Virus record (IMG/VR): IMGVR_UViG_3300010882_000012
Origin: a virus
Lineage: Duplodnaviria > Caudoviricetes
Length of the DNA: 64,000 bases
Strand: one strand, 5' to 3'
Shown one piece after another: positions 56,244-64,000 of the stretch. Both the position numbers and the translations under genes were made by a program. The notes under the pieces were generated by a model that did no database searches, was not told the DNA's origin, and saw nothing but the letters and a program-made list of their open reading frames with translations. How positions within the stretch are numbered: position 1 is the stretch's first letter; each line of letters begins with the position of its first letter.

Positions 56244-56766
56244 TTTCTAAATATTTTTTCCATTTATTTAAAAATTCTACTCTTAGTTTAAACCATTCTG
56301 TTTTCCACCAAGCACCCAAATCCTTCTTTCCATTTTTACAATTCATACCATTTTGCCACCAATAATTTGTTTTCATTCCAAAATCTAAACATTTTGTACA
56401 CTCTTCACTATACTTTTTTAAATAACTATTAGTAGGACAATAACTACAATCTACAGAATCATCTGTTAAAATTCCATTATGTAAATATACAACTTTTTCA
56501 CTTTCATTTTCCCCATTATCTTGTAAAGATTCTAACAATTTATACTTTTTTATTATAAATTGCTTTATTTCTTTCATACAAGAATGATATAAACTTTTAT
56601 CTTTTAAAATTTCTAAACAATATTTAATAAGATAATCACCAATACCTCCTGTATAAAAAGTAGCTTTACCTCTCATATAATCGGGTAATTTTCGAGTATC
56701 TTCTTTTGTTATTTGAATCATTTCAAGAGTCCAGTCGATAAAAGCATTAAGATCTTTATTTTTCAT
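56227..56766 (-). CDS. hypothetical protein, paralogue of 59163..59534
   Basis: Shared ID..L..I, EILKD and WFK.R.EFL..WKK motifs. Confidence 0.6.
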   Translation of the reverse strand: MKNKDLNAFIDWTLEMIQITKEDTRKLPDYMRGKATFYTGGIGDYLIKYCLEILKDKSLYHSCMKEIKQFIIKKYKLLESLQDNGENESEKVVYLHNGILTDDSVDCSYCPTNSYLKKYSEECTKCLDFGMKTNYWWQNGMNCKNGKKDLGAWWKTEWFKLRVEFLNKWKKYLENGNKV

Positions 56767-56768
56767 TT

Positions 56769-57221
56769 TTAAAATTTCATAAATTGTTCTGCACCAGGAC
56801 TAATATAAATTACTTCATTATCTTTTGCTGATGTGCCAAGAGGAACTGAATCATGTGGAATATTTGGTAAAAGTATCATAATTTTATAAACTCTTTCTTC
56901 ATAAAATTTAACACTTTCTTTTTTCCATTCTATTATTTCATCATATAATCCTATAAATTTTTTAATTATAGTAATATAAGATATTTCTTCATGTAATTTA
57001 TCTTTTTTCTTATATAATTTTCCCAATTCAGTAGTACTTTCATTTTTTAAAGATTGATAAAACTCTAAAAGTTGTTTATATTCTCTTAACATTTTATCAT
57101 TCCACAATAAATTTTCAATAGTTTCTTCGACTGTATATCCATAAAGACCTTCAAAATTTTTAACCTTTAAACGTTCTATAATAAATTTAGGATCTTCTCT
57201 TATAGTTTTAATTTGTAACAT
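56769..57221 (-). CDS. stand-alone seryl-tRNA synthetase N-terminal (tRNA-binding coiled-coil) domain
   Basis: MLQIKTIREDP..IIERL..KNF start and LPNIPHDSVP.G....DNEV end; no catalytic domain. Confidence 0.78.
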   Translation of the reverse strand: MLQIKTIREDPKFIIERLKVKNFEGLYGYTVEETIENLLWNDKMLREYKQLLEFYQSLKNESTTELGKLYKKKDKLHEEISYITIIKKFIGLYDEIIEWKKESVKFYEERVYKIMILLPNIPHDSVPLGTSAKDNEVIYISPGAEQFMKF

Positions 57222-57222
57222 T

Positions 57223-57540
57223 TTATAAAATTTCTTCTTTAATAACTTTCAAATATTTTTCCTCTTCTTTTTCTTGATTTTCTTTAGTTTCTTTAAGTTC
57301 TACAAAAATTACATCAAGATTATCTTTTCTATAATATTTTCTACAAACTGTATTATCACAACTTCCACTTTCTGTTCTATTTAAAAAACATTTTTCTGTT
57401 GGTTCTCCCGCTATCCATAATTTTCCACTACAAAAACTATTCCATGGATTTTCAACACATTGAACTCTAACTCCATTGACTTTTATAATTTCATTAAGTT
57501 CTAATTCTCCCACACCTGTTTCAAAAGTAAATCTTTTCAT
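57223..57540 (-). CDS. Cys-rich hypothetical protein
   Basis: 105-aa ORF. Confidence 0.5.
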   Translation of the reverse strand: MKRFTFETGVGELELNEIIKVNGVRVQCVENPWNSFCSGKLWIAGEPTEKCFLNRTESGSCDNTVCRKYYRKDNLDVIFVELKETKENQEKEEEKYLKVIKEEIL

Positions 57541-57773
57541 TTTCCTATCTTAAAAAATTTTAAAATATAATACAACCATTTGAATGGCCAATCGAATTCT
57601 ACATAACTTTTTGTAAATTCTAAACGTAAAACATTTTCATGCCTAGATTTTAAACATTCTAAACAATAATCTACTTTTTCAAAATACTCTCCATATTTAA
57701 GTGGCGTTCCTTCTTTATTCATATTGATTAAGTGGTTTATTATTAATTTTAGATTTTGTTTGTTCCCATTCAT
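57537..57773 (-). CDS. hypothetical protein
   Basis: 78-aa ORF. Confidence 0.45.
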   Translation of the reverse strand: MNGNKQNLKLIINHLINMNKEGTPLKYGEYFEKVDYCLECLKSRHENVLRLEFTKSYVEFDWPFKWLYYILKFFKIGK

Positions 57774-58038
57774 CTTCCCAACAAATCATATACTGTGCAA
57801 TATCTCCACCCAAATCAGCTCTATATTTTGATCTCCATCCAAATTTAATTTTTGGTAGTTTATTAAGTTCTTTTAATGGAATTTTAGCATGTCCCATTGC
57901 ATGAAAAAATTCAAGATAAAGTTGCAAATCATCAAATAAAAGTTTATCATTTTCTATATGAAATTTTTTACTTGTTATATTAAAATTTACATTTTCTACT
58001 TTCTTTGTGATTTTTTCAATTACTTTATTCATTATCAT
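57715..58038 (-). CDS. hypothetical protein
   Basis: 107-aa ORF. Confidence 0.5.
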   Translation of the reverse strand: MIMNKVIEKITKKVENVNFNITSKKFHIENDKLLFDDLQLYLEFFHAMGHAKIPLKELNKLPKIKFGWRSKYRADLGGDIAQYMICWEDEWEQTKSKINNKPLNQYE

Positions 58039-58229
58039 ATTTAGTTATCCATTTAATATCTAAAAACATAAAATTCCTAATGTAATTGAAAATATCATTC
58101 CAATATGTAAAACCATTCGTCCTGTTTTTAACATATCAAAATTAAATAAAATTTCTGGAATAACTAACCATGTTAATATTGTATAAATACTAATAAGCCA
58201 CCATCTATTTTTAAGGATAAATTTTTCCA

Positions 58230-58607
58230 TTATTTTTTCTTCCACCCCATTTCTTTTGTATATTGACTTTCAAATTCTCTTAAATCTTCTTCAGCTTTTT
58301 CTACATTTTTTGTTAGATGTTCTCTTTTAGAATCTATCCAACTTTTTCTTTTCTTAATAGCATCTCCTTCATTTAAAAACCAAACTTTACCTTGTGTAGT
58401 CCAAATATTTTCATTTTTACCCAAACCTATTACCATCCAAGCATCGCTTCCGTTTCTAGGCCAAAATCTTACTGTATCAAAATCTTTTATCAAACTATTT
58501 GGATTTCCTTTTTCACCTATTTGATTTTCTTTAATTGTTAATGTATTCCAATCTAATTCCCAAATTACATCTCCAATTTCTAAATCTTGTGCTACTTTCT
58601 TTTTCAT
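58230..58607 (-). CDS. hypothetical protein
   Basis: 125-aa ORF. Confidence 0.55.
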   Translation of the reverse strand: MKKKVAQDLEIGDVIWELDWNTLTIKENQIGEKGNPNSLIKDFDTVRFWPRNGSDAWMVIGLGKNENIWTTQGKVWFLNEGDAIKKRKSWIDSKREHLTKNVEKAEEDLREFESQYTKEMGWKKK

Positions 58608-58611
58608 ATCT

Positions 58612-58836
58612 TTAATATTTTCTATTTGTTCTATAATTTCTTATATCTCCTCCAGCATGTTCACATCTTATTTCACAAGAGCTACAAAATTCATCACTTA
58701 CAAAATTTTGTACATATTTACAATAATACTTCATTTCATCACAAAAAGATTTCTTTGGAATCCAATAAGCATCTATTGCTTCTTGTAATTTTTCATCACA
58801 AAATCGTGAATTTGTTGTTTTTAAATCTTGATTCAT
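58612..58836 (-). CDS. hypothetical protein
   Basis: 74-aa ORF with (S/R)FCDE repeats. Confidence 0.45.
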   Translation of the reverse strand: MNQDLKTTNSRFCDEKLQEAIDAYWIPKKSFCDEMKYYCKYVQNFVSDEFCSSCEIRCEHAGGDIRNYRTNRKY

Positions 58837-58842
58837 TAGTTT

Positions 58843-59190
58843 TCATCTTTTTTTTATCCATCCTAATGGTTTTCCAAGAATAAACCATCTCCAATCAATA
58901 AGATGTATAATAAATTTCTTAAATGGAAATATTGGTATTTCATCTGGCAAATATCTATTACTACTTTCTGATAAAAATGCTTCTACCCATTCATAATAAC
59001 TAAATACACGTTTAAATTTAAAAACATATATTAAATAAATTATAGTTGTAAACAACCAAATAATTCCAAATACAATACTGTCAAGTATTCCAAGAAAAAA
59101 TAACCAAATTAAGTAAATTAACTTAAAAATAGGATCAATAATAGGTTTCATAATATAATAATTTAATTTTCTAATAATTCTTTTTTCCAA
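58843..59190 (-). CDS. membrane protein
   Basis: Long hydrophobic segment. Confidence 0.5.
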   Translation of the reverse strand: MEKRIIRKLNYYIMKPIIDPIFKLIYLIWLFFLGILDSIVFGIIWLFTTIIYLIYVFKFKRVFSYYEWVEAFLSESSNRYLPDEIPIFPFKKFIIHLIDWRWFILGKPLGWIKKR

Positions 59191-59534
59191 TTTTCTAAAA
59201 ATTCAATCCGAGGTTTAAACCATTTTTCTAATGAAATCATTTTTAATTTTCCAGTCGTTTTATCTCTAATAGTACCTTCTAACCATCCATAACTATCATT
59301 AAGTGGTTTACCCATTATTTTATAATAATATGTTTTAAATTGTCTATGAATATAGATATTTTCTTCTACTTCATCCTTTAAAATTTCTTCAACATATCTT
59401 TTAAAGAATAAACAAATACTGGGGCCTGAAATTCTAGATTTATTTGCTACGTAATAAGTACCATAATCTTGATCTTGAATTTTTTTAATTTCATCTAATG
59501 CAAAATCAATCGCTTCAATAAGTTTTTTATTCAT
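59163..59534 (-). CDS. hypothetical protein, paralogue of 56227..56766
   Basis: Shared terminal motifs. Confidence 0.6.
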   Translation of the reverse strand: MNKKLIEAIDFALDEIKKIQDQDYGTYYVANKSRISGPSICLFFKRYVEEILKDEVEENIYIHRQFKTYYYKIMGKPLNDSYGWLEGTIRDKTTGKLKMISLEKWFKPRIEFLENWKKELLEN

Positions 59535-60063
59535 ATAATTTAATTTTTAAAAATATTCAGGATGTGTACTGCCATAAAATTCATATTCAGTAGATGTATA
59601 TCTTTTACTTTTATATTGGCTTCTTATTTTGTTTTCAAGTTCTTGCATTTCTTTTTTCTTTTTCCTTTCTTTTTCTATTAAACAATTATCTTGAACCCCT
59701 TCGCTAATATTTAAAAAACTTTCAAATTCCCAATCTTTCATAATCTTTCACTATTTAATGGATGTAAAAATTCTTCAACAGGTCTATTATATGATTCTCT
59801 CATATGATAGTTTCCATCTCTGTGAAATTCATTACATTTTTCATTACTTATTATTTTTAAATCGTTTAAGTGGGTAATCACAACTTGCCCATGCAAAATC
59901 ACTTAAATTTTTTATTTCTACATCTGAACTTAATCTACAACCATCTGTTATTTTCATACCAGTTCTTCTCGGCGCAAAACGAATATAATCTTGTATAAAG
60001 ACTTTTCCGTTTTCAATATCTAATTTCCATTTTACTAAATTATTATATTGTATTGCCATAATT

Positions 60064-60711
60064 TTACCAAATAAAAATAAACAATAAACAAAAACAAACT
60101 ACTTCCATGAAAAATATCCAAGCTGAATCATTAGTGTCAAGCGCGGTATTTTTATTATAAACTCCTGGAATATTCAAACCAATTGCAATCATTAATGGAT
60201 AAAAGAAAATAACACTTAACCATCCATACTTATTCATTATACAAATATAAACAGTACTTAAAATTATTGCCATTATACTGCAAACAAAATGAATAAACTT
60301 TGCTGATCCATTTTTAGGATTAAAAGCTTTTAACATACTTTTTATCTTTTGCCAAAATGGTAACAATATTACTTCTTCTATATCTTCAACTTCATTACAA
60401 CCTTCACATTTACAACCTCCTTTATATCTACAACTGACTCCTGTAAATAATAATCCAAACATTACTAATAATGGAATCCAACATAAATATCCTGGCGCTA
60501 ACATAAACCAATAAATTCCTAATGGAACTGCAACCATTGTACACCAAGCTGAAAAAAGCCAATCTATTTTCTCTGGTAATAAATAAAAAGTTTCACTTAA
60601 ACTCACAGGAACACCATACTTAAACACAATAAAAATTATGTAAGCAATACAACAAATAAATGAAATAATCGGTAGTGCTATCATATCTCTTAACTTATTA
60701 AAGTTTGCCAA
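60064..60711 (-). CDS. multi-pass membrane protein
   Basis: About six hydrophobic helices; GVP.SLSETFY, IHFV. Confidence 0.7.
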   Translation of the reverse strand: MANFNKLRDMIALPIISFICCIAYIIFIVFKYGVPVSLSETFYLLPEKIDWLFSAWCTMVAVPLGIYWFMLAPGYLCWIPLLVMFGLLFTGVSCRYKGGCKCEGCNEVEDIEEVILLPFWQKIKSMLKAFNPKNGSAKFIHFVCSIMAIILSTVYICIMNKYGWLSVIFFYPLMIAIGLNIPGVYNKNTALDTNDSAWIFFMEVVCFCLLFIFIW

Positions 60712-60917
60712 TAATAAATTTCTAAATTAGTAGGATCTATTGCATTATAATTACCATGTTTTTGCGAATATTGATTTTCATAATAGATGGTTTTAAGATT
60801 AACCAATCCACTATCATTTATTGAAGCAATCTCACATTCTTGGCAATTATATCTGGCAAACATACCAACCTTAATTTCTTCACCCTTTTGTACAACTCTT
60901 TTAACTTTATTTTCCAT
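60690..60917 (-). CDS. hypothetical protein
   Basis: 75-aa ORF. Confidence 0.45.
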   Translation of the reverse strand: MENKVKRVVQKGEEIKVGMFARYNCQECEIASINDSGLVNLKTIYYENQYSQKHGNYNAIDPTNLEIYYWQTLIS

Positions 60918-61527
60918 ATTTCTTAAAATTATTTATGTTCTTTTTTCCTATAAAACACATATTTCTTTTTTAGTCTGATTCAACTTTATAAATACAACTC
61001 AACTCTGTCATTATATCTTCTATACTTAATAACAATTTTGTATTCACTGCCAATAATTCTGGTCTTTGAAAAGCTTCTTCAATAAAAGCTTCTCTTGCTT
61101 CATTTAATAAATCTTGTACTTTTTGCATATTATCCTCCTATTCCCTCCCACATTTTCATACCATCTCTAAAACCTAAATTATAAATAAATTCTGTAAATT
61201 CACTTAAAGAATCTGCAAATAATTTATCAGTTTTCTTGTTTTTGGGTTTTGGAACAAATAATTCTGTTAATCCCATTACTAAGAGTCCAAAATATTCTTT
61301 GTCCTCTTTTGACATTTTAATTTCAGTTTTTATATTCATATTCTTTATTTAGTTTTTTCAATTAATACATAACAATAATGTAAACAATTTAACAGTGTAC
61401 TTATACCGCCGCTACTTATTTTAACTATTTCCCAATCATCATTTAATCTTCTTTCAAGTTCACAAGTATTATTACCTTTTACTAATATAAGTTCTTGTTT
61501 TTTCATTTAATTTTTCTTTTTTCTTTT

Positions 61528-61866
61528 TTATATCATTTCAATCGGTCTCCATTCTATAATCTCGTCTGTAACTTCATCTTTTCCCTCAGGTGCTTTGTCT
61601 ATAAAGAACTTATATTTGTTCTCCGGATTATTTTTTGAACCATACCCTGTATAAACATAACCATTAAAATTCTTTAATAAAACTAATTTATGCGGCTCCG
61701 GACGTTTATAATTTATACTAATCCATTCTAGAGCATATTCTATACCATTTTTAAATGAGAATTTTGCAATATCATATTCTTTAAATCCTTCTGCATATTC
61801 AGATGCTGCTACATTAATAGTTTTTAACTCTTTTAATAAAAGATCCGGACGTATCATTATTTCCAT
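61528..61866 (-). CDS. DUF551-like phage protein
   Basis: EWISI..KRPE...VL and terminal I.EWRPI. Confidence 0.6.
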   Translation of the reverse strand: MEIMIRPDLLLKELKTINVAASEYAEGFKEYDIAKFSFKNGIEYALEWISINYKRPEPHKLVLLKNFNGYVYTGYGSKNNPENKYKFFIDKAPEGKDEVTDEIIEWRPIEMI

Positions 61867-61932
61867 TTTTAATTTTTCTTTAATATTTCTGGATAATCTC
61901 TAACCTGTTCTGCTTGTTTGTGTATGATATTG

Positions 61933-62181
61933 CTAAGTATTTCTAAGTGTTTTTTGTTGTTGAGTTGGAATATCATAATGACCCATTGCATCAACTTCAA
62001 TTGGGTTTCCTTCTTTTGAGTCTGTAATATAGTAGCCTTCATGTAAGTTGTCAACTATCTGCAATCTAAAGTCATCAAACTCAATTTCATTTGCTTCACC
62101 GATATATCCATATTCTTTATGCCAAATATGAACCATTGGTATTGATATCTTGTTTAGTTTTGGTCTAAATCCGGTTTTCAT
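61933..62181 (-). CDS. hypothetical protein (probable start MKTGF)
   Basis: ATG at 62181 follows the upstream small membrane ORF. Confidence 0.5.
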   Translation of the reverse strand: MKTGFRPKLNKISIPMVHIWHKEYGYIGEANEIEFDDFRLQIVDNLHEGYYITDSKEGNPIEVDAMGHYDIPTQQQKTLRNT

Positions 62182-62192
62182 ATTGTTATAAT

Positions 62193-62375
62193 TTAAAAAA
62201 TTGACAAATAAAAAAGAAAATTCACTAATAACATACAAACAGTCATTAAAATTGTGATAAAGATTCCGACTGATGTGGCAGATATTATTAAAGCACAACT
62301 TATAATGAATAGTAAAATGGCGGTTAGTACATTAAATAGAATAGCAATAAAGTTTCGTTTTAAAAAGTTTTTCAT
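62193..62375 (-). CDS. small membrane protein
   Basis: Two hydrophobic helices. Confidence 0.5.
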   Translation of the reverse strand: MKNFLKRNFIAILFNVLTAILLFIISCALIISATSVGIFITILMTVCMLLVNFLFYLSIF

Positions 62376-62388
62376 ATTTTTTTAATTA

Positions 62389-63024
62389 TTATTTTTTTGT
62401 TTTATATTTTAATCCTCTACCGAATTTAAAATTCTCATCCACAATCATAAATATTTTTTCATTCAGTATAGCAAATTTCTTTATCATCTTAATTTTTTCA
62501 AACCATTCAATATATTCTTTCATTTCTATATTGTATCTTTCCCATCCCATTTCACAAGTACTGTTTCGAGGAGGTAATGGTTTTTTTAATTTATAACTCG
62601 GTATTATTTCTATTAAGTATTCATCTACCCACTCTTTACTTTTTATTTGAGCCCAATACTTAATTTTGTGTTTTTCTATTTCTTTATTTATAGGATTATT
62701 CCATTCTATCTCATATAATTCTATTCCCCACTTTTCTATAGTTTTACTTTCATCACAAAATTTTATCCATATTTTATCCCATGTATTTGTATAATATGGT
62801 TTTTCTTTATTAACATATTTTTTTATGTTTTTTAATTTATATGTTCCTTCCTTAAATGTACTTCCTCCGGGTTTTAAAAATTTATCATTATATGGACTTT
62901 GTCTCCATTTTACTTTTTGTTTAATACCGGTATGATCTCCCCATTTTCTTTTAGGTATTTTGGAAATTGTATCATCTTTAATAGGATATTTTCTAGGTCT
63001 ACCTCTTTTTCTTTTCTCTTCCAT
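62389..63024 (-). CDS. degenerate gp4/TnsA-like paralogue with N-terminal AT-hook
   Basis: KRGRPRK; G.Y...N.KKY, FCD, KW..E, NP, EYLIEI.P align with 20851..21495. Confidence 0.7.
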   Translation of the reverse strand: MEEKRKRGRPRKYPIKDDTISKIPKRKWGDHTGIKQKVKWRQSPYNDKFLKPGGSTFKEGTYKLKNIKKYVNKEKPYYTNTWDKIWIKFCDESKTIEKWGIELYEIEWNNPINKEIEKHKIKYWAQIKSKEWVDEYLIEIIPSYKLKKPLPPRNSTCEMGWERYNIEMKEYIEWFEKIKMIKKFAILNEKIFMIVDENFKFGRGLKYKTKK

Positions 63025-63667
63025 TTAGATTAGTAAGGCATTTTTATTTTATTTATTCAAAAAGTTTCATGTTTTGGTAGGAATTGGAAATTACATGTAT
63101 TTTATGGTAGTATTTTGAGGGTATTTTGGAAAAAATCGGAGATTTTTGGAAAGTTATGGAAGAAGAGTAAAAGTATTTAGTTACTATAAGATTATTATAA
63201 GAATAAGTTTAAATTTAGTATTTTTACTGTAATGTAAAACCTTAAAACCTACATCATAAAATTCTGCAGACACTTAGTAAATTCTATAAAAACCTAGTTA
63301 AACAGGCTCGTTTTGACGAAAATTTTTAGGTCTCTATTCTAACTATCTCACACTAAGCGCTTTACACATCCTATCTACTTGGTTTGCTAGGTTTTTGCAA
63401 AAAATTAACAAATTGTTAGTATTTTCTTGCAAATTGTTAGTAACTTTTTTACTAAATTTTTACAAATCTTTCTAACTCACTTTTGCAAATTTTTTAATAT
63501 CACCCTGGTCCAAAACTCCCGTCACTTCGTATCTTTCTGCTAATATTTTGCAATTCTTTTACAATTTCTTTTCCAAGTTCAGTTATCTTATCATTTTGTT
63601 TTTCAATCAATCTTTTGATTTCTAAAAGTGTACCGTACTCTATACTACTCATATTAAATCTCTTTTG

Positions 63668-63988
63668 TTATAATAAAACTCCTGTATTCTTTTCCCAAGC
63701 TTCATCTCCGCATCCTTCATTAAGTACTTCTTCAATTTCTCTCAGTGCTTGCATAAACTTTTCACCTGCTTCAATTGTTCCTTCTTGCTCTCTTCCATTG
63801 TGTTCCATTTCTCCTCTAACACCTCCTCCTAAATAATTTCTGTAAGCACCAAATTTTCCAACCGGTGCATTCATCAATTCTCCTCTACAGTACAAACTCC
63901 AAGATTTAGTTTCATCTAAAATTACACTTCCTTCTGGTAATCCTAATTCAGATTCTAAGTTGTCAATAATTTCTTCAATACTTTCCAT
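63668..63988 (-). CDS. hypothetical protein
   Basis: 106-aa ORF. Confidence 0.55.
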   Translation of the reverse strand: MESIEEIIDNLESELGLPEGSVILDETKSWSLYCRGELMNAPVGKFGAYRNYLGGGVRGEMEHNGREQEGTIEAGEKFMQALREIEEVLNEGCGDEAWEKNTGVLL

Positions 63989-64000
63989 ACTATAATTTTT

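Noticed and set aside
1-64000. Stop-codon reassignment (TAG to Gln) as in some gut jumbo phages
   Set aside because: Long genes are intact in the standard code and TAG ends complete genes such as the tail tube (26135) and gp2 (22201); the fragmented genes are explained by inteins
39700-64000. tRNA genes or a diversity-generating retroelement
   Set aside because: No cloverleaf or T-loop signature, reverse transcriptase or adenine-variable repeat pair recognised by eye; tRNAscan-SE and a self-dotplot would be decisive

Overview
Fragment of a very AT-rich, T4-like (myovirus) large/jumbo phage genome in standard genetic code; promoter motifs point to a Bacteroidota host (inference). 1-15.9 kb (+): replication/recombination module (topoisomerase II subunits, sliding clamp, C26 amidotransferase, C-terminal half of a split PolB, UvsX/RecA, gp41 helicase, gp47/gp46). 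15.9-39.6 kb: late/structural genes (gp15-like, 906-aa head-type protein, gp55 late sigma, gp4, gp2 and portal on +; tail tube, 1300-aa sheath, multi-Ig and collagen/fibre proteins on -). 39.7-64 kb (-): small accessory genes (RNA ligase, ABC-type ATPase, YopX, stand-alone SerRS tRNA-binding arm, caspase-like protease, degenerate gp4 paralogue). Highlights: (1) UvsX and the helicase are both fractured inside their Walker A motif by atypically split inteins (26- and 47-aa IntN), with a free-standing Vsr-like endonuclease gene between the halves; (2) two paralogous homing-endonuclease-like nuclease + DNA-methyltransferase fusion genes (CPPY motif IV) bracket the sheath-tube operon, one coupled to an unannotated ribbon-helix-helix gene; (3) a long conserved late-promoter motif that also supplies the stop codon splitting the helicase; (4) an upstream box at a fixed 39-nt offset in three host-type promoters. 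No tRNA, rRNA or CRISPR array was recognised. All assignments come from reading motifs by eye; no searches were run.
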